Origin: Candidatus Melainabacteria bacterium 17Bon1m
GTDB lineage: Bacteria > Cyanobacteriota > Vampirovibrionia > Obscuribacterales > Obscuribacteraceae
Assembly: GCA_032128875.1 (NCBI GenBank)
Contig: JAVLKG010000010.1
Location: 64,001 to 128,000 of the forward strand
Length of the DNA: 64,000 nt
Direction of reading: 5' to 3'
Shown here: positions 51,756 to 60,260 of the stretch, piece by piece
Layout: each line of letters starts with the position of its first letter
How positions within the stretch are numbered: the first letter of the stretch is position 1
The notes under the pieces: model-generated
The model's input: only the letters and a program-made list of their open reading frames with translations
The model's database searches: none
Told to the model about the DNA's origin: nothing
Made by a program: the position numbers and the translations under genes

Positions 51756-52805
51756 ATGCGTATCGCTCAACTTGCTCCACTAGCTGAAAGCGTTCCACCG
51801 CGGGGATATGGCGGCTCGGAGTTGGTCGTAAATCTCCTCACTGAAGAATTGGTAAAACGTGGACATGACGTCACGCTTTTTGCAACTGCAGATTCGCAAA
51901 CAGAAGGACGATTAATCGAATGCGCACCGGAAGGTTTGCGCGCATCAAGTATCGCGCCGACAAGATGGCACGCATACAACATCAAAGCTTTGATCAAGCT
52001 GGAAGAGATGCAAGGTCAGTTCGACATTATCCACAACCACATGGGATACGCGGCGCTTCCGGCGCTCAGCAAATTCCGCTGCCCTGTGGTGACTACTAAT
52101 CACAACCCGCTCTACGACTACTGCAAAGACATCTATTTTGCTTACGGTCAGATGCAGTTCATCTCAATTAGTGATGCTTACAAACGACTGAATTATCCAG
52201 ACAAAGTCAACTACATCACTACTGTGTACAACGGAATCAATCTGGCAGATTTTGCAATTGACGAGAAGGTGGAGCGTAACCATCTGTTATTCCTGGGCCG
52301 TCTTTGCCAAGACAAAGGCACAAAAGAAGCCATCGAAATCGCCCGCCGTTTGGGCTTGCCGATAAAACTAGCAGGCAAAGTTGATCGCAACGATGAACCT
52401 TATTTCAACGAGTTCATCAAGCCGATGTTGAGCGAACCAAATGTGGAATTCGTGGGTGAGGTTTCAACCGAACAAAAAAATGCGCTCTACAATTCCGCTA
52501 TCGCAACACTGTGCCCGATCAATTTCGAAGAGCCCTTCGGATTAGTTTTCTCCGAATCGCTTGCCTGTGGAACTCCTGTAATGGCTTTCCGCCGTGGCGC
52601 CGCTCCTGAAGTGATTTCGGATGGAGAGACCGGCGTTGTTGGAGAATCCATCGACGAACTAGTGGCACGCTTCGGAGAAATCAGCAGCATTACACAACAA
52701 ACCTGTCGCGACAGGGTCGCCCGCCTTTTCAGCAAAGAGAAGATGACCGACTCGTACTTGAAAGCGTTCGAGCTGGCAATTTCGAACAGCATGGTTAGGA
52801 GATAA
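51756..52805 (+). CDS. Glycosyltransferase family 4
   Basis: MRIAQLAP..VPP.GYGG.E, EEPFGL..ESLACGTPV. Confidence 0.93.
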   Translation: MRIAQLAPLAESVPPRGYGGSELVVNLLTEELVKRGHDVTLFATADSQTEGRLIECAPEGLRASSIAPTRWHAYNIKALIKLEEMQGQFDIIHNHMGYAALPALSKFRCPVVTTNHNPLYDYCKDIYFAYGQMQFISISDAYKRLNYPDKVNYITTVYNGINLADFAIDEKVERNHLLFLGRLCQDKGTKEAIEIARRLGLPIKLAGKVDRNDEPYFNEFIKPMLSEPNVEFVGEVSTEQKNALYNSAIATLCPINFEEPFGLVFSESLACGTPVMAFRRGAAPEVISDGETGVVGESIDELVARFGEISSITQQTCRDRVARLFSKEKMTDSYLKAFELAISNSMVRR

Positions 52806-52824
52806 CGACTAAACCTTATTATAA

Positions 52825-52931
52825 GGTCGACGCCATGCGTCGACCGCACAGAAGGGCGGTGCATGGCATCGCCCCTATGTCTCTTTTAAGGACATCGCCT
52901 CTATGTCTTTTCTGGCAGGCGTCGTCTCTAC
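52825..52931. repeat. Cluster of REP-like palindromes and decayed half copies
   Basis: GGTCGACGC-CAT-GCGTCGACC; GGGCGGTGC-ATG-GCATCGCCC-CTAT; repeated CATCGCC(C/T)CTATGTCT. Confidence 0.7.
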
Positions 52932-52942
52932 AAAAACGCTGC

Positions 52943-54715
52943 TTATCTCGCTATCGCTTTGATGGCTGATTCGTAGTTTGCTGATGTCGACTCACCGATG
53001 ATGGTGCTCGAAACCTGACCGCTCGGAGAGACAAATACGACTGTCGGAATTGGTCCTACTTTGAATTGTTCTACCAGTGCGTCAGAGCCAGGGGCATCGA
53101 CGTCAATTCGTTGGAAGTCGACGCGGTCTCCATACGTAATGAATAGACGAGTCAGAGCGTCGTTCATTGTCTTGCACTGGTCTGCCCAATTTGCGTAGAA
53201 CGCATAAACACGTCCTTTGCTGAACGACGGCAGAGCAGCAGTCGGAGTATTACCCAACCAAGAATTGCCTAAGCCAAGCAAGTATGTGTTGAACGCTTTA
53301 GACTGATCTCCACCTCTATTCATGCGCATTGCGCGCCGGAACATACGACCGGCCAAGTCGGGCTGACCGCCCTTCATATAAGCTTGTCCCAGCAGTCCAA
53401 TGACATTTGCATCATCGGGTCGTTGGGCCCTCAGTGACTCTAACTGCGAAATTGCCGCCGCGGTGTTACCCGAATCAATAAGTTGAACTTGTTGCTCCAA
53501 CCCAGCTGTGTTGATCGGCATTCTCGGTCCGCCACCGTATCCGCCACCATACTGACCGCCACCGCCGGGATTCATCGCTGTTCCCATCGGACGACGTCCG
53601 TGCCGCCTGCCTACTTTCGCAGTAAGCCAGGAAGAGATGACGCGGAAGTTCTGGTCGCGAGGACCAGGGTCTTGCGTTTGCGCTTCTTCAAAGATCAAAT
53701 GTTCTCCCGGCACAGCAAAAAATGACTTGTCTTTTGCAGCAACGTCGTTAAACAATTCCCATGTGCCTTCTGGCTTGACGAGCTGGTCGCCGTTGCCCTG
53801 CACAAAGAGCACGGGCATATCGGTAACTTTCTTGGCTGCTTCGTGATTCATATTCATGAAGTCTTGGAATTGAATCAATTCTTGCGGAGACAAATTCAGC
53901 TTAGCAAGCGGATCTCCTTGCCACTGGGATTTGAGCTTGGCGTTTTGCGTTGCTTGATTGACAATATCTTGTCCAACGTTGGCGACATTGAATCCACTCA
54001 AGAGATTGAGGAAGACTTTCATGCTCGTCTTGCCTTGATTAAATCGCTCTCCAGCAGGAACCGATGAAATCAAGCCATCAATCAAATCCGGATACATCGA
54101 CGCTGCGCGCAAGGCGATTGCGCCCCCCATCGATTCTCCCAATACATATACTGGAATGCCAGGATTGGCTGCACGAATAGACTCACAAGTTTGTTTGATA
54201 TCTGCAAGGCAGTCGTCAAAGTTCACTTTGCCCTTACCGCCTGCCTTCATCCATGAGCCAAAACCACGCACGTCAATGGCATAGACCGCTATGCCCCTTT
54301 TTGATTGCTCGGTGCCGAAGAATTCATAGGAGTTGCTTTGCAATCCCAGACCGTGGATACAAAGGATGGCAGCTATCGGTTTTTCATCTGGATTGACCCA
54401 AGATCTGCATGGTGCAGCTTGCCTGGATGCAGAACTGGTCTGGTTATAGAGCAAGGAAGTCGGGTCGCTTGAATAGGGGCCACCTGCAGGCTGTGTAGGT
54501 GTCTGCCCTTGCTGGATTGTTTGATTAACGCCGTGCAAAACATTCTTTTGCGCGTTGTTGAGAATCATCTGCCCGGCTTGTTTCAGGAACGATGGAGCCG
54601 CCGGTGGAGAAGACTGCTGCTTGACTTGTGCCATCGATGGAGCCGGCAAAACGCCCACCAAAATCGATACTGCAGTAATTCCACACAATACGAACTTATT
54701 GGAAAGTCTGGTCAT
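52943..54715 (-). CDS. Exported alpha/beta hydrolase (lysophospholipase-like) fused to TPR and thioredoxin-like domains
   Basis: Signal peptide; IHGLG, DVRGFG, GESMGG nucleophile, D.LV, H; Gly-rich linker; TPR; FYANWADQCK...IPTVVF. Confidence 0.88.
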   Translation of the reverse strand: MTRLSNKFVLCGITAVSILVGVLPAPSMAQVKQQSSPPAAPSFLKQAGQMILNNAQKNVLHGVNQTIQQGQTPTQPAGGPYSSDPTSLLYNQTSSASRQAAPCRSWVNPDEKPIAAILCIHGLGLQSNSYEFFGTEQSKRGIAVYAIDVRGFGSWMKAGGKGKVNFDDCLADIKQTCESIRAANPGIPVYVLGESMGGAIALRAASMYPDLIDGLISSVPAGERFNQGKTSMKVFLNLLSGFNVANVGQDIVNQATQNAKLKSQWQGDPLAKLNLSPQELIQFQDFMNMNHEAAKKVTDMPVLFVQGNGDQLVKPEGTWELFNDVAAKDKSFFAVPGEHLIFEEAQTQDPGPRDQNFRVISSWLTAKVGRRHGRRPMGTAMNPGGGGQYGGGYGGGPRMPINTAGLEQQVQLIDSGNTAAAISQLESLRAQRPDDANVIGLLGQAYMKGGQPDLAGRMFRRAMRMNRGGDQSKAFNTYLLGLGNSWLGNTPTAALPSFSKGRVYAFYANWADQCKTMNDALTRLFITYGDRVDFQRIDVDAPGSDALVEQFKVGPIPTVVFVSPSGQVSSTIIGESTSANYESAIKAIAR

Positions 54716-54875
54716 GTTCAGCTCTCAGAAAGGTACTCGGTATGAGGGCTAAGTTTACCAAAATTGCCCATTTCAAGCCCGTTCGGCATAGTGGAAATCA
54801 AGTTGTGGGCTCGGCTAAAATAGACTGCTCGCAGAGCCCGCCGCCTTTCGCATACCTCGGTATGAAGGAGAGAAA

Positions 54876-55826
54876 ATGCACACGCAGACAAAATCAGCCG
54901 ACCTCAAACTTTACCGGGAATATGATGCACCGCTTAGTGCAGTTTGGGATGCCTGGAGCAAGCCTGAGCAAATTGCAGAATGGTGGGGTCCGCGTGGATT
55001 TACGACGACAACTCACAGCAGAGATTTGAAAACTGGTGGTACCTGGAAGTACACCATGCATGGTCCTGACGAAGTCGACTACGAGAATTTCACGAAATAC
55101 CTAGAAGTGGAAAACCACAAAAAATTGGTGTACGACCATGGCGGTACAGAAACCTCCAATGCGCTCTTCCGAGTAACGGTCCTCTTTTCGCAAGAGAATG
55201 GCAAAACAAAAATGGATATGACGATGACCTTCCCAAATCCAGAAGCAGCCGAAACTTCTGCACGCTTTATTAAGAAAGCAGGTGGGGATGCCACCTGGGA
55301 TCGCCTGGCAGAATTCCTCGAACAGAAACTCAAGAGCAAAGAAAAATTTGTCATCAATCGTTCTTTCAACGCGCCGCTCGAAAAGATGTTTCAGCTCTGG
55401 TCTGACCCGGCAGAAGTGCAGAAGTGGGCTTGTCCAACCGGTTTTTCAATGACTTACAATTACGTCGATATAAAGGATGGCGGTAAGTCGTTTTACACCA
55501 TGTCTGATGGCAAGGACACAAAAATGCATGGTCGCTGCCAGTACCTCGAAGTTCGAAAGCCCGATCGCATTGTATATACGCAACAATTCTGCGATGAGAA
55601 TGAAAAGATTGTTCGTCATCCGATGGCACCGACCTGGCCGGAGAGCATGAAGACGACTGTTCAACTGACACCGGAAGGTGTTGATAGAACGCGCGTAACG
55701 CTAACGTGGGAGCAAGACGGAAATTGGACTGCTGAAGAGTTGGAAACATTCAAAAACGCTCGTGCAGGCATGACGCAGGGATGGACCGGCTCATTCGATA
55801 AACTCGAAGAGTACATCGGTTCGTAG
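54876..55826 (+). CDS. Tandem SRPBCC (AHSA1-like) domain protein
   Basis: Two units: REYDAPLSAVWDAW..PEQIAEWWGP and RSFNAPLEKMFQLW.DP; GWTGSFDKLEEY; AAGGAG RBS. Confidence 0.92.
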   Translation: MHTQTKSADLKLYREYDAPLSAVWDAWSKPEQIAEWWGPRGFTTTTHSRDLKTGGTWKYTMHGPDEVDYENFTKYLEVENHKKLVYDHGGTETSNALFRVTVLFSQENGKTKMDMTMTFPNPEAAETSARFIKKAGGDATWDRLAEFLEQKLKSKEKFVINRSFNAPLEKMFQLWSDPAEVQKWACPTGFSMTYNYVDIKDGGKSFYTMSDGKDTKMHGRCQYLEVRKPDRIVYTQQFCDENEKIVRHPMAPTWPESMKTTVQLTPEGVDRTRVTLTWEQDGNWTAEELETFKNARAGMTQGWTGSFDKLEEYIGS

Positions 55827-55923
55827 AGGAGGCACATGTGCCTCTCTGTCAGGGAGCCGCATGCGGCTCCCCTACTTGACGCATGCGGCTCCTCTACAAG
55901 AAGGGCGCGTGCAACGCCCCCAC
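55823..55923. repeat. REP-like doublet plus partial copies
   Basis: GTAG-AGGAGGCAC-AT-GTGCCTC and GGGAGCCGC-AT-GCGGCTCCC-CTAC; matches 36438-36490. Confidence 0.8.
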
Positions 55924-55935
55924 ACCGCGAGCCTA

Positions 55936-58179
55936 TTACTTAAGTAACTTCTTGTGCAGATCGACTTTTGCGTCGAGAATGCCTTCCCACAGGTCGCCTA
56001 CTTGCTCGAGACGTTCTGGGACATTCCTAATGTTGAAGTCGGTCGGATAAATGTCTTCCAGTTCGTTCCACGAAATCGGAAGAGAAACATTAGCCATATC
56101 CGTGGCACGCACTGAATATGGTGGCGGCAATGTCTTATGCCGAGCATTCATATTGAAATCAAAGAACACCCTTCCAGTGCGCTTTTTGACAGCCCAATCG
56201 ATTGTTACTTCCTCCGGTCGCATCTTAGCTACGTGGGAAGCGATAGTACTGGCAAGCTGACGCACCGCATCGTTATCAACGTTTCTCACAATTGGAATGT
56301 AGATGTGCAAACCGGTCTTACCAGAGGTTTTGACAAACGAATTTAACTCAAGGTTATCCAGCATCTCTTTGAGCAAGAGCGCCAACTTTCTCGTCTTTGC
56401 AAACCCTTTTCGATGCAACTCCGGCTCGGCGTTTTCTTTTTCTTTTCCGCTGTAGAGATAGGGGTCGAGATCAAGAACCATAAAGTCGGGATAATTCAAA
56501 ATAGAACTTTCAATGTTTTCGACAGAACCTTTTACTTTCTTAGAAATCTTTGCCCCGTCAGGCTCCGCATCAATGCGGCTATGCACGGCGTGAAGTTCAA
56601 GTGATGCAACTTGCCCGCACCAGATCAAAGTCGATAGATTGTTGCAGAGCAAATATTCTTCGTCTGCGTTCGCATGCTCTGAAAAATACTCGATGGTTTC
56701 TACAAATGGTGGCAGCCCTTTTTCCCAATGCTTTTGGAAAAACTTTTGCCCGTCGGTACCGTTCGGATAACGAATCAAAGTGAAAGGACGTCCGTGCGCA
56801 AACCGTAAAAGCGGATCAGAAACCTGAATCAGGTAATTGATGTAGTCGCGCTTAGTTGCAGGCTTCGCACTTCTTGGCTTACCAGGAAAAAGTATTTTGT
56901 TCAAACTCGTAAGTTTGATAATGTTTGCTTCTACATCAAGATTGAGCTCATCCTTCTTGTTGTCTAGCTGCGCAAGCAAATCATCTCGCAGCGCGGTCGT
57001 TTTCGTTACACTCGATTTGTTTTTCTTTCGATTAATTGGCACAACTTCTGCAACTTTCTTCGTTGGCTTTTTCGCAGCTTCTCCCATAGATGATACCTCT
57101 GAAATTGGCACAACAACTTCCGGTCGTGCTTCGCTTGGCTTCTTATCTGTGCGCACTTGAAGGAAAACAGGCATGCGCAGTTTGTTATCCATTGTCCATT
57201 CGGCATACTTAATTTCGACAACCATCTCTGGTTTGAGCCATGAGGCGATTGCCTTAGCCATTGGGCGGACACTAAAGGGGCAGGTCGAAGTTTTCAAAGG
57301 CTGCATAACCTTGAAAAGTTTTTCGCGAGTCGAATCGTTAAAACCAGTACCTACCGAACCAGCATAGACAAGCTGGTCATCAGAGTTGATGACACCCAAG
57401 ACGAGGGCACCAAAGGAGTCTTCGCGCGAACCTTTACCTTCTGTGTAGCCACAGACGAGAAATTCTGAAGTCTTCGCCGCTTTGAGTTTCAACCAAGTAG
57501 GAACACGTTTTCCAGGCAAATAGAGACTGTCAACTTTTTTTGCGATCACGCCTTCCAAGCCGTTTTCCAGGCAAGCAAGAAAAGCCTTGTTTCCATCCGC
57601 ACCAAGGTCATCGACTCGCCTGACGTCATTCGACTCAACAAGATATCGTTTAAGCAACGCCTTTCGTTCTGTCAGAGGTTTGGCGATGGTCTTCTTTCCA
57701 TCCACCGATAAAATGTCGAAGACATAAAAACGTATTGGAATATGTTTTTTAGAGCGGTCAAGCTTACCGCGACCACGCAATCCAGACGCCTGCTGAAGAA
57801 GTTGAAACGATGTGCGTCCCTTCTCATCAAACGCTACGATTTCGCCATCCAAAACAAGGTCGTTCTTGCTTTTTTCCAACGATTCGACGAGCTCCGGATA
57901 ACGACTAGTAAGGTCCAATCCACGTCGTGACAAGATTTTCACATCGCCGCCGCTCACATATGCAATAGCCCTGATACCATCGAACTTTGGCTCGAAGACC
58001 CATCCTTCTTTGGAAAATGGTTCTTCCGCCATGGAGGCGAGCATGGGCGGAATGGGCTCGAGCTGACGCTTGCGAGCTACGCGTTTTTTATCAGGCGATT
58101 TTTGTCCAGACCGCTGGGGCGCTGGTGAGGCATTGACTTTCGCCTCGGCGCTGCGCGGTTTGGTTGGCTTTTTTGACAT
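55936..58179 (-). CDS. ligD: NHEJ DNA ligase D (ligase + polymerase domains)
   Basis: EPKFDGIR, EGVIAK, WLKLK, then RYPNG, FFQK, DLDP, KTSGKTGLH, PYSVR; no phosphoesterase domain recognised. Confidence 0.95.
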   Translation of the reverse strand: MSKKPTKPRSAEAKVNASPAPQRSGQKSPDKKRVARKRQLEPIPPMLASMAEEPFSKEGWVFEPKFDGIRAIAYVSGGDVKILSRRGLDLTSRYPELVESLEKSKNDLVLDGEIVAFDEKGRTSFQLLQQASGLRGRGKLDRSKKHIPIRFYVFDILSVDGKKTIAKPLTERKALLKRYLVESNDVRRVDDLGADGNKAFLACLENGLEGVIAKKVDSLYLPGKRVPTWLKLKAAKTSEFLVCGYTEGKGSREDSFGALVLGVINSDDQLVYAGSVGTGFNDSTREKLFKVMQPLKTSTCPFSVRPMAKAIASWLKPEMVVEIKYAEWTMDNKLRMPVFLQVRTDKKPSEARPEVVVPISEVSSMGEAAKKPTKKVAEVVPINRKKNKSSVTKTTALRDDLLAQLDNKKDELNLDVEANIIKLTSLNKILFPGKPRSAKPATKRDYINYLIQVSDPLLRFAHGRPFTLIRYPNGTDGQKFFQKHWEKGLPPFVETIEYFSEHANADEEYLLCNNLSTLIWCGQVASLELHAVHSRIDAEPDGAKISKKVKGSVENIESSILNYPDFMVLDLDPYLYSGKEKENAEPELHRKGFAKTRKLALLLKEMLDNLELNSFVKTSGKTGLHIYIPIVRNVDNDAVRQLASTIASHVAKMRPEEVTIDWAVKKRTGRVFFDFNMNARHKTLPPPYSVRATDMANVSLPISWNELEDIYPTDFNIRNVPERLEQVGDLWEGILDAKVDLHKKLLK

Positions 58180-58341
58180 ATCACTTGCCTTGAGTCTGGA
58201 ATCAAGCTAAATGCCCACTCAATTAGCTGTGGGTGAGACGCCCGTGTACCTTACTTGTTCCATTAGAGTTTGTTTGCGAAAGTCTGGGAACTACGCCAAT
58301 TCCACCCCGTCCAACCGACTGAGTTTCCAGGAGAAATTGTC

Positions 58342-59343
58342 ATGCCACGAGCAATGTGGAGCGGAGTTATCGGTTTTGGAATGGTCAGCATTCCTATAAA
58401 ACTGTACGCAGCAACCGAAAGCCGGAACGTAAGTTTTCACCAACTTCATAGTGTCTGCCAAACTCGCATCAAAGAAGTGCGTTGGTGCCCTACCTGCGAC
58501 CGAGAAGTGCCGTGGGAAGAGGTGCAAAAAGGTTTTGAATACTCCAAAGGCGATTACGTTATGCTCGAGGATGAAGACTTCAAAAAGCTTCCGATTCCAA
58601 GCAAGGATACGATTGACGTATCGTCATTTTGTACGGTCGAAGAAGTCGACCCTGTGTACTTTGAAAAACACTATTATCTAGAACCTGAGAAAAACGGCAA
58701 GAGACCATTTGATCTATTCGTGCGCGCTCTTATCGAGAAAAATATGCTGGGCATTGCCAGTATTACACTGAGAACCAAAGAAAGGCTCTGCGTGCTGCGC
58801 CCTGTCGGCTCGCACCTAATGATGTCCACGTTACTTTATCCAGACGAGCTGCGAATTGATCCGTCTGAGGATCTGCCAGAGCACAAAGTCACTAAGCAAG
58901 AATTGGCGATGGCAACCAACCTCATAGATTTGCTGACGGAGGATTTCGAACCGAAGAAATATGAGGACAGATATCGTGCCGCGTTGATGGAAGTCATTGA
59001 AGCGAAGCTTGAAGGTCAGCCAGTCAAACAAGAGAAGCATCGCGCTGCTCAAGGCGAAGTTGTAGACCTTTTGGAAGCTCTGAAAAACAGTGTCAGCAAC
59101 GTAAAATCTGGAGGAAAGAAAGCAGCGAGAGGCACAGATACAGAAGAATCGGCCGACGAAGAAGAAAACGTAGTGCCGCTGAAGCGCGGCGCGAAAAAAA
59201 GCGGCACAAGAAAGACTCCCGCGAAATCTGCGGCGCGTGCGCACAAGGCATCAGGCATCGGGCGCATAGCTAAGACAAAGACAGCCACCAAAAAGAGCTC
59301 AAAAACCAGCGCCAAATCTAAATCGAAGAAGCGTTCGGCTTAA
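58342..59343 (+). CDS. ku: NHEJ Ku protein with basic C-terminal tail
   Basis: MPRAMWSG.I.FGMVSIPIKLY, KGFEY, Y.D.YR..L...IEAK, VVDLLEALK.S; AGGAG RBS before ATG 58342. Confidence 0.95.
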   Translation: MPRAMWSGVIGFGMVSIPIKLYAATESRNVSFHQLHSVCQTRIKEVRWCPTCDREVPWEEVQKGFEYSKGDYVMLEDEDFKKLPIPSKDTIDVSSFCTVEEVDPVYFEKHYYLEPEKNGKRPFDLFVRALIEKNMLGIASITLRTKERLCVLRPVGSHLMMSTLLYPDELRIDPSEDLPEHKVTKQELAMATNLIDLLTEDFEPKKYEDRYRAALMEVIEAKLEGQPVKQEKHRAAQGEVVDLLEALKNSVSNVKSGGKKAARGTDTEESADEEENVVPLKRGAKKSGTRKTPAKSAARAHKASGIGRIAKTKTATKKSSKTSAKSKSKKRSA

Positions 59344-59414
59344 GGTTCCATTTATGGAAAATGGGAACTTTTTGCTAGAGAGTGTGTCTTCAAGTAAACC
59401 AACGGAGTTGTGTT

Positions 59415-59546
59415 ATGCAACCTTTATTCCGAAAGATAGCATTAGCGGTCGCATCTGCCATGGTCCTTTCGCTCGCAACCGAAATAATCAAAGTGCTGGA
59501 GCGCAAGCTCGGCAATAAAGATGAGGGCGCGAAAGCCAGAGCATAG
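59415..59546 (+). CDS. Small hydrophobic/amphipathic protein (43 aa)
   Basis: GGAG RBS; MQPLFRKIALAVASAMVLSLATEIIKVLERKLGNKDEGAKARA; followed by a terminator. Confidence 0.55.
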   Translation: MQPLFRKIALAVASAMVLSLATEIIKVLERKLGNKDEGAKARA

Positions 59547-59588
59547 ATAGCGCTAAACGGCGGTCCGTGAACTTAACCGGACAACCAA

Positions 59589-59634
59589 GACCACAGAGGT
59601 CAGGGCATCACGCTCGACCTCTGCGGTCGTTTTT
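59589..59634 (+). terminator. Intrinsic terminator
   Basis: GACCACAGAGGTC...GACCTCTGCGGTC long stem followed by GTTTTT. Confidence 0.75.
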
Positions 59635-59851
59635 ACAGGGTTAACAATCCAACGGCAGCCCAGTCTCTAACCGGGCGATACCGCGGTAGCGGCGAATTTT
59701 CCATTCGACTAAAAGTTTGAGGGAACTTACTCACGTAGAGAAAGTCCATCCAAAAGCTGCCTACCGGTGTAAGCCGACTAAGAGTTGTAGCTCCGAAGGC
59801 CATTTCAATTGAGTGCGTTGTTTGAACAGTTTTTCAACAGAGGATCGACCA

Positions 59852-60250
59852 ATGGGTGATACTACAGTCAAAAAGATTGATTCCGCGTTTTCTCCAAAAG
59901 GAGATATGGGTCAAAAGTATCTTGCATCGGGGAAGCATGTGTCCATGCGCTTGTGGGAGAAAGAACCACCGACCAACGGTAATGGCAAAGCTGATACCAA
60001 GCGTGAATATGAAACTGTCGGATACGTAATCAGCGGTAAGGCGACTCTCCATTGCGAAGGGCAAACAATCAATTTGGAGCAAGGCAATTCATGGACGGTG
60101 CCCGCTAACGCCAGCCACCACTACGAAATTTTAGAAGAGTTTACTGCAGTAGAAGCTACCTCTCCGCCCGCCGAAGTGCATGGACGCGATAGCTGCTGCA
60201 ACGAGAAAGAGTTGGGCGAGATTACACTTAATTTCCAGGCAGGATCGTAA
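59852..60250 (+). CDS. Cupin domain protein
   Basis: MGQKYLASG..SMRLW, YETVGYVISG, SWTVP...HHY, AVEATSPPA; GAGGA RBS before ATG 59852. Confidence 0.88.
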   Translation: MGDTTVKKIDSAFSPKGDMGQKYLASGKHVSMRLWEKEPPTNGNGKADTKREYETVGYVISGKATLHCEGQTINLEQGNSWTVPANASHHYEILEEFTAVEATSPPAEVHGRDSCCNEKELGEITLNFQAGS

Positions 60251-60260
60251 CCTAAACCTC

